Origin: a virus
Lineage: Duplodnaviria > Caudoviricetes
Length of the DNA: 47,470 bases
IMG/VR virus record: IMGVR_UViG_3300032247_001328
Coordinates: 1-47,470 of that record
Reading direction: 5' to 3' (one strand)
The notes under the pieces were generated by a model. That model saw only the letters and a program-made list of their open reading frames with translations. It made no database searches and had not been told where the DNA came from. Position 1 is the stretch's first letter, and the number at the start of each line of letters is the position of its first letter. The translations under genes were made by a program, and so were the position numbers. Positions 36,124 to 45,149 of the stretch are shown piece after piece.

Positions 36124-36399
36124 ATGCTAAATTTCAATCAAACACTAAAGGGATTAGACAACACAGAAGTATTAGATGCATCTGGATCACCAGTAACTCT
36201 TGGCAAACTTTTATCGTCTCAACTTGCAAATGCAAATAAGGGTGATGCATTAAAGTTTTTTACTTGGGCTACTAAACTTTATAATAGTGAAGAATTAGAA
36301 TTAGATTTAAGTGATACTCAAACATTAAAAGAGTTCATTAAATCTAGTGATAGTCTTACCATATTAGCAAAGGCACAATTGTTAATAGTTTTTAATTAA
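36124..36399 (+). CDS. Putative tail fibre assembly chaperone
   Basis: LNFNQTLKGLD...L.L..SD pattern; follows the fibre genes. Confidence 0.5.
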   Translation: MLNFNQTLKGLDNTEVLDASGSPVTLGKLLSSQLANANKGDALKFFTWATKLYNSEELELDLSDTQTLKEFIKSSDSLTILAKAQLLIVFN

Positions 36400-36404
36400 T
36401 AAAT

Positions 36405-36659
36405 ATGGCTAGTACGTTTGATGATAAGATAAAGGCATGGCTAACTCCCGGACTTATAACTTGCTTTGGATTCCTTAGTTGGAGTCTTATAACTGAGATT
36501 AGGGCAGATGTAAAGGTGCTATTAGAGTCAAACGCACAGGTTAAAACTAAGGTTGAAAACTTAGAAAAACGAATGGATGGTTTAGAATCTGTATTTTATA
36601 ATCATAATGTACTAGCCTTATTTAAAAATGAAAAACGTAACAGAATCGTGGAAAACTAG
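36405..36659 (+). CDS. Single-TM coiled-coil protein (holin/antiholin-like)
   Basis: One N-terminal TM followed by a coiled coil; next to lysis-type genes. Confidence 0.5.
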   Translation: MASTFDDKIKAWLTPGLITCFGFLSWSLITEIRADVKVLLESNAQVKTKVENLEKRMDGLESVFYNHNVLALFKNEKRNRIVEN

Positions 36660-37305
36660 TATAATTGGTGTTCTCATAATTATAGCATCAATAGTTAGCA
36701 TCTTTGTTAAGGCTGCAACATGGTCTGATGTTATTCCTGCCATTGTTATTGGTGTCGGATTATTATTCGCTCCAGATAAATTACTTGGCAAGATATTTTT
36801 ATTGTTGATATTTTATTCGTGCAATCCGGTAAAATCGGTAATAAATAATAAGGAAAAACTTGATATTGTTGCCAAAGAAGTAATCAAGAGAGGTTATTGC
36901 ATAACAGATACAGTGGTAGTAACCAAGGACAGCATAATTAAAAAGGATAGTATAATAGAAAAAACATTTAAGATTCCATGTCCAGATTTTGATACCACAA
37001 TCGATGGTACTAAAATTAAAATATTAAATGGAGTTTTAACAGCAAGCATTGCTGAGCATACTGTGTACAATACCAAAACCATTACAAAGTCTATTAGAGA
37101 CCTATCGTTAGAGAAAATATTAAAAGAAGATATAAGGGTAAAGGATAGTACCATCTTAGAAATATTAAAGGAGAATAAGTCTATCATTGAAAAATACAAT
37201 GGCGTAAACTTTGAATCTAGGTGGTTGAAAATAAAACTTTTACTATTGGCAATAGTATCTCTTATTATTATTTTTAGAAAAACAATATTTAAGTCTTTAC
37301 TATGA
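36628..37305 (+). CDS. Holin-like domain fused to a unimolecular-spanin-like lipoprotein
   Basis: Two TMs (SWKTSIIG...GLLFAPD), then KIFLLLIFYSC lipobox-like segment, DT/DS-rich beta region, coiled coil and C-terminal TM. Confidence 0.6.
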   Translation: MKNVTESWKTSIIGVLIIIASIVSIFVKAATWSDVIPAIVIGVGLLFAPDKLLGKIFLLLIFYSCNPVKSVINNKEKLDIVAKEVIKRGYCITDTVVVTKDSIIKKDSIIEKTFKIPCPDFDTTIDGTKIKILNGVLTASIAEHTVYNTKTITKSIRDLSLEKILKEDIRVKDSTILEILKENKSIIEKYNGVNFESRWLKIKLLLLAIVSLIIIFRKTIFKSLL

Positions 37306-37994
37306 CAATAAAAGCGGTACACGATATAATACTATTCTATTTAAACAAGGCTCAGCAGGGGTATATTACCCATGAGGAAATAGATAGTGTCCTAGATAGG
37401 GCACAACTTGCATTATTTAACCAGTACCATACCAATCCAAAGTTGCCATCAAACGTGGCATTATCTGTATATGGAGATAGTCAAAGGATTGATGACGCAT
37501 TAAGTCCATTCAAGGTTAATCAAACCTTTATAAATCAGACATCAATTACATTACCATCTGATTATATGCACCTGTTGTCGTTATACACAACAACATACAA
37601 TAGTTCGTTAGGTAGAAATACTTATAATGGCGTTCAAATTCTAGATGAGCAGGAATTGATATTAAGGTTAGAAAGTCAGATTATTCCAGTTTCAATTGAT
37701 GATCCTATTGCGATTATGGCTGCAAACAATACAATTCAGTTGTTCCCTAATACTGCACAAAGTGGCGGCTACTATTATTTCAGAAGGCCAAAGGCTCCTA
37801 AATTTAATTATACAATAAGTAATAGGGTTGTTACAGAAATTTTTAATCAAGGCGTTAGTACTAGCATTGATCTTGAATGGAGAGAATTTGATATTTCAAA
37901 CATAATTTGTATTGCACTATCTTACTACGGATTGAATATCAAATCAGCCGATGTAATTCAATTTGCACAAACTAAAACACAAGAAGGACAATGA
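37302..37994 (+). CDS. Tail ring/adaptor protein 1
   Basis: LNKAQQGYIT.EE.D..L..AQ, LPSDY and Y.RRP..P motifs of podovirus tubular/ring proteins. Confidence 0.7.
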   Translation: MTIKAVHDIILFYLNKAQQGYITHEEIDSVLDRAQLALFNQYHTNPKLPSNVALSVYGDSQRIDDALSPFKVNQTFINQTSITLPSDYMHLLSLYTTTYNSSLGRNTYNGVQILDEQELILRLESQIIPVSIDDPIAIMAANNTIQLFPNTAQSGGYYYFRRPKAPKFNYTISNRVVTEIFNQGVSTSIDLEWREFDISNIICIALSYYGLNIKSADVIQFAQTKTQEGQ

Positions 37995-38611
37995 CGACTA
38001 AATATAAAATAGCGGAAGAAGTGCAAAGGTTACTAAAGGGTAACCCTGTTATTGCCGGACGTGTTCACATAAATGATATTAAGCTGCTTATTGAGCAAGT
38101 TGCAAACCAACTACTAAAAACAGAATACTTTTCTATGACAGTGCCTGATGGCGAAACTATACCAAACAACTGTATGATATACACGTATGATGGCATACCT
38201 GTAACAACATACAAGACAACCAAGAGTAAGTGCACGCTTCCATCCATTCCCATCTCTCTTCCAAGAAACATGGGCGTACTACATGTGTCAACAACAACAG
38301 ACATTGATAACCCTTTTATTCCAATACCATCTTCAATGTATGGTATTGTAAAGCCATTAGATTTAATAGGTGAATTGTCTGGATTGATTGGGTATGAAGT
38401 TATTGGAAGCGATATAATATTTACTAAAAACCTACCAGATATAAATATAAACTCTGTATTAATAAGATTAGTTGGGGTTGATATTTCTAAGGTTAGTGAT
38501 TATGAAATCTTGCCACTATCATCAGATATGGAAGCACAAATAGTACAACAAGTTTATAGTATATTTGTTGCCGTACCTCCTGCTGACAGGGCTAAAACAA
38601 CATCCGATTAA
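37991..38611 (+). CDS. Tail ring protein 2
   Basis: Position and size. Confidence 0.55.
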   Translation: MTTKYKIAEEVQRLLKGNPVIAGRVHINDIKLLIEQVANQLLKTEYFSMTVPDGETIPNNCMIYTYDGIPVTTYKTTKSKCTLPSIPISLPRNMGVLHVSTTTDIDNPFIPIPSSMYGIVKPLDLIGELSGLIGYEVIGSDIIFTKNLPDININSVLIRLVGVDISKVSDYEILPLSSDMEAQIVQQVYSIFVAVPPADRAKTTSD

Positions 38612-39372
38612 TGAAAACCACAACGCTTGATAAGATAGTCAGGAATGCATTGGCAAGTAGAAATTATCCAATGCATTGGTACTTACAGTTTTTACACTAT
38701 GGTGCTAATGCCTTGCGTGAATTAAACTTTGATGTTTTACAGAATGTAAAAAGTGTTACACTTAGCATATCTACAAACCATGCAGCAAAACTACCATGTG
38801 ATTTTGTGGATTACATTAGAATAGGTAATCCTGCCGGTCAATACATTTATCCTTTTGGTGAAAGAAGAGATTCATACAACAGGATGACCAAGTATGATGC
38901 ATCTGGAAACCCTATATCTTATGGAGATGTAGAGGTTCAAAACGGATTGTTGCCTAGTAACTGGGAAGGATTTTGGTATACTAACTACATCAATGATAAG
39001 GGTGAACACTTGGGTAGAATATTTAATAATTACCCCACGTTCAGGGATTCATTTGTTGTATTAAGGGAAAGAAATGAAATTCAATTTGATGTTTCATATA
39101 CGTTCAGTACAATAGTAATGGATTATATAACTAATGGAATGACAACAGATTCGTCTAATGCCATTCATCCTTACGCACAGGCTACAATTGAGGCGTATAT
39201 ATTCTGGAAGATGAAGGAGCATTCTAGGAAATATAACATGAGTGAGGCTGAAATGTCAAAACAAGAATACTACAATCAATTAAGAATACTAAGGGCTAGA
39301 ATGAATAGCATTGATATTAATGATATTAAGAGAAGCTTGTCTAGTGGATATGGTCCGGTAATTAAAAACTAA
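38611..39372 (+). CDS. Tail ring protein 3
   Basis: ALRELNFD...LPCDFVDYIRI...IHPYAQATIEAYI. Confidence 0.65.
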   Translation: MKTTTLDKIVRNALASRNYPMHWYLQFLHYGANALRELNFDVLQNVKSVTLSISTNHAAKLPCDFVDYIRIGNPAGQYIYPFGERRDSYNRMTKYDASGNPISYGDVEVQNGLLPSNWEGFWYTNYINDKGEHLGRIFNNYPTFRDSFVVLRERNEIQFDVSYTFSTIVMDYITNGMTTDSSNAIHPYAQATIEAYIFWKMKEHSRKYNMSEAEMSKQEYYNQLRILRARMNSIDINDIKRSLSSGYGPVIKN

Positions 39373-39375
39373 TAA

Positions 39376-42300
39376 ATGCTTACAAAAAAATTGCTGATCG
39401 GGGGAATGAATATGGATGACTCTAACACGTTGTTAGATCCAAAGGAGTACGTTCATTCCACAAACATGCGATTTGCTACAAGTGAAAACGGTAAGGTTGG
39501 TGAGTTGCAAAAAATAGAGGGTAATGTAAAGAAGGCCTACTTCTATTTAAACTCTGCTAATATTAATAGTCTTCCAACTGGGCTTAATAGAACCATTGGA
39601 ACCTATGAGGAGACCAATAAAAGAAGATTGTACTTTTTTAATTATAATAGCAATGGCAATCATGGCATATACTGCTATGATGCAAACATTGAAGCCATTT
39701 ATATTGTATTATTAAATACACAGGTTGATGGAGGATTAAGCTTTAGTGCAGATATTAATTCTATCGCCAAGTTGGGAGATCTTTTGTATTGGGCAGTAGG
39801 CACAAACGAACAGCGTAGAGTTAACGTAGAAGCTGGAATTAAACTCAACCACAGTTATTATTCAACTACGGTTCTTCCATACATTTTAGATCCATTAACA
39901 AATAATAAGATAGCACAATCCGTGATTTCACTAATAAGAAATCCTCCGGCAATAGCATTGACATTTGTTAAATCTACAGATAGTAATTATAACAATAATT
40001 TTATTGGTGGAAATGCATTCCAATTTGCTTACAGGTTTGTATACAGGGACTATGAGACAAGTGTATTATCTCCGTTTTCTATAACTTGTAACTATAATGC
40101 CAATGGACAGACGGATAATAAGGTAACAATAACAATGCCTTTAACACAACAAATTCAACAAGATGTATTAGGCATAGATATAATTGTTAAAAACTTACTA
40201 GATAATAAGTGTAGTGTAATCAAGTCATACAATAGAACAACAGACTCTGCTACATTTGCTGCACACAATGCTGGAACAACAGCCATTTCATTAGGATTTT
40301 ACAATAACATAATTGGATATTCATTAGATGATGCAACGGCAACAAAACAATTTGATGCCATTCCAATTACAAGTGGTGCATTAGAAATAGCAAGAAATAG
40401 ATTATTCTTAGGTAATAATTATCTAGGATATGATACTCCATTAACAACAACATTGACTGCCTCAGCAACAACGCTAACGTCTGGAGCAACAACAACAACT
40501 GCTGATTGGTGGTATATTAAGTATATTTTTGATTATGATAGTGGAGGTGTTCCAAGATATAGAATTAAATTTTTATTGAACATTACAGGATTAACATCTA
40601 ATAATGGTTTTTATTATACAAACAGTTATTTGCCTGCTGGAACTTGGCCAAATGCAGGAATATATAGTCCACCTCCTTCAAACAATCAAGGAAATTATCC
40701 AACCACAATAGATTATAGCCAGTTTAATACTGTTGATAATTATCTTGGAACATCAGCCATTTCAATAATGGCGTGGATAAATTTAAATGGAGGAGGTAGT
40801 TGGTCTGGTCCGGGAATAGATCCAATAACTGGATTGCCTTTAGCATTACAAGACCTTGTGGATGGGACACCAATAAATTTAACAGGTAATACAAGTTTTA
40901 ATCCAGTGGCACAAACAGTAACGGTAACAAATGTTCCGGCTGCTACATTATCAGGAATACCATTATTCAAGTCAAACTCTTCTTATAAGATTGGAGTAGT
41001 TTATTATGATTATGCAGGCAGAAAATGTGGCGTCATTACTAACAATAGCTTAAATATTCCAACACGAGACAGAAGATATGATAGTCCTGCATATACTAAT
41101 GCCATAGCATGGACAATAAGTAACACGAACATACCGTATTGGGCATACTATTATTCTATAGTAATTAGTAAAAACCAGACCACAGATTTCTTTCTACAGT
41201 TTAAATCTAATGATTATGGATACGTATCAAAAGATGACACTGGTGGTTATAAAATAAATAATGTTCCATATTCAAGTACATATTTTGGATTAGCGATTAG
41301 TCTAAAAAGTCTTTACACGGATAAACTTGGATACAGTTATCAAGAGGGAGATATATTAAAGTTTTATAAATATACCGGAGATGCTCCAGTATTTTTAAAG
41401 GTTAAAGATGTATATTCAAATTATGTCATTGTTGATTTGTTAGATATTGGAAATTTAACTTCATCAACACAGATTAATTTATGTGAAATATATAGTCCAT
41501 CTGCTACTAGTATTGATGACTATTATTATGAGCAGGGCAATCTATATAAAATAACAAATCCAACACTAACCAATAGGGCTCACTCTACTACAACAGGAAC
41601 ACTACTTGGAGATATATATGCAACTGCTAGATATTTCAATGGCGTATCTTTTATTGTAGAGGCAATGTCTCCTAATGATTTATATTGGAAGAATTGGAAT
41701 ACGCCAAATGGTAGGGTAAACATTATAGTGAAGGAGGGGCAAAAGATCAAAAGGACCAATATGGTCTGGAGTAATGTAATTACATTGGGCACACAAAATA
41801 ATGGAGCCTCTTCATTTGATTCACTTGACTTCTTGGATTTGCCATTTGAAATGAATAGCATTCAAAGATTAATGCTTGCAAGTAAGATAGAATCTGAAGG
41901 CACCGTAATGATTGCGATTGGTGAACAAGAAACCATATCAATATATTTGGGCGAGTCACAAGTGTTTGACAATACCGGTGCATCCTTCCTTGCAAAGAGT
42001 TCGGGGGTTGTAGGAAACGTTAACACGTTAAGGGGAAGCTTCGGCACCCTTCATCCAGAAAGTGCTATTGATTACTTGGGTAATGTATACTTCTTTGATA
42101 CCTTAAAGGGTTGTTTAGTTAGCTATGATGCTAATGGGTTATCTCCAATATCTAGCTTTAAGATGTACAACTACTTTAAAAAGCTTGGTCAAAACGCATT
42201 GGCATATAAGGTAAACATAGGAGTTGATCCATACAATGGTGAGTTACTATTACAGGCACCTAGAATTAATACTGCACCGTTAGTGTCTAAGCTTACAGAC

Positions 42301-43101
42301 ATGTATAGTTCTACAAACTATAATTTTACAAATAGCGTACCCGTTACAATAAACGTAGTTCCCGGTAGATTATATACCATATCTGGACTTCAGGGTAACT
42401 ACAGCATACAGTATGGAGACAGAACAGTGTATAATGATTTTGTTGCAGATTATAATACAACAATACTTATAACCGGAAGCACAAATAACGTATTTACCTT
42501 AGATGAATATGTTCGTAATAACTATGATGGGTATGATGGAATTGGAGGACTAGTTGTTTATCAACTTAACATGAATAGGTTTACATCTATATATAATTAT
42601 GTGCCGGAGAAAATGTCTATTGTTAAAAATAGATTGGTATCTTTTAAGGACGGATATCCATGGGTTCATAATAATTCTGCCTACTGTAATTTCTATAATA
42701 GGGATCACGACATGTCTTTCACATTTGTGCATTCTGATACAGGTATAGACATTAAAGAATATGAAAGCATAGGAATTGAGGGAGATGCACCTGACATCAT
42801 ACATGTAAGAACTGAGAATCCAAATTTACAAAGTAGCGATATCAGATCTGGAACACTTAATGAATCATCCGCAACGAATGGAGATTTTTCAGTTCGGGAG
42901 GGAATTAACTACGCACCAATACTACGTGATAGGCTATCTCCTAATGTAAGTGGTAATTATATGGATAAATTATATAAGGGAGATGTTATGAGGGGAGAGG
43001 TGGCAAAATTCCAAATATTATATTTAGCAAATCAATCACAAAAAAAGTGTAAATTTGTAGACATAAGGTATAATAATTCATCAGGACATAACTTACAATA
43101 A
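39376..43101 (+). CDS. Tail muzzle/stabilisation protein (P22 gp10/T7 gp12-like)
   Basis: GGMNMD start, FQFAYRFVY.D, NRLFLGN, YKIGVVYYDYAGR and FGTLHPES; 1241 aa. Confidence 0.82.
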   Translation: MLTKKLLIGGMNMDDSNTLLDPKEYVHSTNMRFATSENGKVGELQKIEGNVKKAYFYLNSANINSLPTGLNRTIGTYEETNKRRLYFFNYNSNGNHGIYCYDANIEAIYIVLLNTQVDGGLSFSADINSIAKLGDLLYWAVGTNEQRRVNVEAGIKLNHSYYSTTVLPYILDPLTNNKIAQSVISLIRNPPAIALTFVKSTDSNYNNNFIGGNAFQFAYRFVYRDYETSVLSPFSITCNYNANGQTDNKVTITMPLTQQIQQDVLGIDIIVKNLLDNKCSVIKSYNRTTDSATFAAHNAGTTAISLGFYNNIIGYSLDDATATKQFDAIPITSGALEIARNRLFLGNNYLGYDTPLTTTLTASATTLTSGATTTTADWWYIKYIFDYDSGGVPRYRIKFLLNITGLTSNNGFYYTNSYLPAGTWPNAGIYSPPPSNNQGNYPTTIDYSQFNTVDNYLGTSAISIMAWINLNGGGSWSGPGIDPITGLPLALQDLVDGTPINLTGNTSFNPVAQTVTVTNVPAATLSGIPLFKSNSSYKIGVVYYDYAGRKCGVITNNSLNIPTRDRRYDSPAYTNAIAWTISNTNIPYWAYYYSIVISKNQTTDFFLQFKSNDYGYVSKDDTGGYKINNVPYSSTYFGLAISLKSLYTDKLGYSYQEGDILKFYKYTGDAPVFLKVKDVYSNYVIVDLLDIGNLTSSTQINLCEIYSPSATSIDDYYYEQGNLYKITNPTLTNRAHSTTTGTLLGDIYATARYFNGVSFIVEAMSPNDLYWKNWNTPNGRVNIIVKEGQKIKRTNMVWSNVITLGTQNNGASSFDSLDFLDLPFEMNSIQRLMLASKIESEGTVMIAIGEQETISIYLGESQVFDNTGASFLAKSSGVVGNVNTLRGSFGTLHPESAIDYLGNVYFFDTLKGCLVSYDANGLSPISSFKMYNYFKKLGQNALAYKVNIGVDPYNGELLLQAPRINTAPLVSKLTDMYSSTNYNFTNSVPVTINVVPGRLYTISGLQGNYSIQYGDRTVYNDFVADYNTTILITGSTNNVFTLDEYVRNNYDGYDGIGGLVVYQLNMNRFTSIYNYVPEKMSIVKNRLVSFKDGYPWVHNNSAYCNFYNRDHDMSFTFVHSDTGIDIKEYESIGIEGDAPDIIHVRTENPNLQSSDIRSGTLNESSATNGDFSVREGINYAPILRDRLSPNVSGNYMDKLYKGDVMRGEVAKFQILYLANQSQKKCKFVDIRYNNSSGHNLQ

Positions 43102-43763
43102 TGGCAGGATTAGGAGACATAATAGGGACAGCAGGTTCTACAAATCCGATAGGCATGGCACTAGGTGTTGGTGCCGGCTTGTTTGGTATTGCTAAGGGAA
43201 TTCAATCATTGCGTCAATCAAAAAAAATAAATCCAGTATATACTCCTTACCAAGTTAGTCAATATGCAAAGGATCAACTCGGTGGTGCACAAACAGCACT
43301 AAATGCAAGAAACCAATACGCAGAGGCTCAACAAAGGGGTATCTTAGGCAGTCAGGCAAACATGATGGCATCAGCACAAAGAAACGTAACCGATCCATCA
43401 CAGGCACTCGCAATGGCTGCTGCCGGACAGGCAAATACAAATCAAGCGATGTTTCAGCAGGGATTGCAAGAACAACAGGCGTATCAACAAAGACTAGCTA
43501 ATTTAACAAATGCCCAGCAAACTATGACCGGTGAGGGTGATAAGGTGTACAATGACATGGTGAGGAAGTATCAAATTGATGCACAGCAAAAGGCGGCATT
43601 ACAAAATGCAGGATCTCAGGCTATTCTTGGAGGACTACAAAACATGGCAGGAATGTTCTTGGCCGGTGGTAAGGGACAATCTAGCAATAAAAATGTATTT
43701 ATCCCATATAATGTACAAAGACAAGTTCAACCTTTTGAACAAGGATATGGTCCAACTGAATAA
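43101..43763 (+). CDS. Internal virion/ejection protein
   Basis: G/A-rich hydrophobic N-terminus with Q/A-rich helices; follows the muzzle gene. Confidence 0.65.
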   Translation: MAGLGDIIGTAGSTNPIGMALGVGAGLFGIAKGIQSLRQSKKINPVYTPYQVSQYAKDQLGGAQTALNARNQYAEAQQRGILGSQANMMASAQRNVTDPSQALAMAAAGQANTNQAMFQQGLQEQQAYQQRLANLTNAQQTMTGEGDKVYNDMVRKYQIDAQQKAALQNAGSQAILGGLQNMAGMFLAGGKGQSSNKNVFIPYNVQRQVQPFEQGYGPTE

Positions 43764-43775
43764 AATAAGTAATTA

Positions 43776-45149
43776 ATGGGAATAACACAAGCATTACAAT
43801 ACAGCAGCGATCCTACTAACATTCTGTTAAAGCAGGCAGAGCAGGCTCGTGCCGATCAAAAACTAAAAGAAGCAGCTGCATTGCAGGATGAAAAAATGCG
43901 TTATGCATTGCCAATGCAATTGATCGGTGTTATGCAAAATGCAGATACTGACGTTGCACAGCACTACTCTAAGGAGTATGTTGATCAATTGTCTGCAATG
44001 GTTAAGAATAAAGAGATCCCATTTCAAGATATACAATTAAAGGCGGCAGAATATGCGGCAGATATAAACCAAAGATCTGGTGCTGTAAAAAGTTTTAGAA
44101 AAAACGCATACGATACTATAGAAAAGCTATCAACACAGTTCGGGGCAAAACCAGAAAACCTTGTTGCCATTACCAATAAGTACATTCTAGACAACCTTAA
44201 CAATCCTGCCAACCTACAGAACGGATCATCGTATATTACTAGTGTAATACAAAAGGAGCCAAGCCTATACGTTGATAATACCATGGGCACAAACTTGGCG
44301 ATGGATTTAATTAAAAGGGCACCGCTATCAAAACTTAGAACAGAGACTACAACGGATCCAAACGGTGTGACAAGCAAGACAATAAAGTCAGACATGGCAA
44401 TACCACCATGGTTTCAGGCATCATTGGATAAGAATGGAAATCCAACTGTGCAGCTAAAGGTGGACAAGAACGGAGTAATCTCTGATGATGTGTTTCACAT
44501 GTTCTATAATTACCAACAAAAACCTAACGACTTTAGAATGAGATCATGGTTGGATGCACAAGCTAACCACTACATTGATCAGAATAATATTAACAAACTG
44601 CCAACAGACGCAGGTTATATAGATCCTAATGATGATGGTGCTAAAGTAATTGCAGCAAAACAATACCTTGGTAATTTTTTAAGGGAGTACACTAAGACAG
44701 ACATATCAAGCATAAACAGGGAGAATACAACCCTTCCAAGAAGTACTTCTGGAGCTGGGTCAGCCGGTGGTTTTTATGATTATTATCAAGTACTTTCTGA
44801 TGCAATGGCTGGAAAGTCTGGTCCTGTAACTGTAAATAACTTGCCTGTAGAAATATCTACCGGTATTGTTAAACTAATGGCTGCCAATAAGTATACTAAA
44901 ATGAATCCAGACCGTTCAGTTGCTCCACTATCTGCAAGCGATATTCAGATAGTACAAGATGGGGATAAATACAATGTATACTATACAGATCCTAAGCTAG
45001 GGAAATCTGCATTAGTTCAGTTAGATAAAAATATAAACAACCTGTTGAATGTTGGTAAGGCTAAAACCGCATCACAGAAAGCAAATACCGCACCACAGTC
45101 GGCACCTGTTCCAAAGGCTGCACCTAAAACACCAGCACCAATATCATGA
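43776..45149 (+). CDS. Internal virion protein
   Basis: 457 aa, helical; P/A-rich tail. Confidence 0.6.
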   Translation: MGITQALQYSSDPTNILLKQAEQARADQKLKEAAALQDEKMRYALPMQLIGVMQNADTDVAQHYSKEYVDQLSAMVKNKEIPFQDIQLKAAEYAADINQRSGAVKSFRKNAYDTIEKLSTQFGAKPENLVAITNKYILDNLNNPANLQNGSSYITSVIQKEPSLYVDNTMGTNLAMDLIKRAPLSKLRTETTTDPNGVTSKTIKSDMAIPPWFQASLDKNGNPTVQLKVDKNGVISDDVFHMFYNYQQKPNDFRMRSWLDAQANHYIDQNNINKLPTDAGYIDPNDDGAKVIAAKQYLGNFLREYTKTDISSINRENTTLPRSTSGAGSAGGFYDYYQVLSDAMAGKSGPVTVNNLPVEISTGIVKLMAANKYTKMNPDRSVAPLSASDIQIVQDGDKYNVYYTDPKLGKSALVQLDKNINNLLNVGKAKTASQKANTAPQSAPVPKAAPKTPAPIS

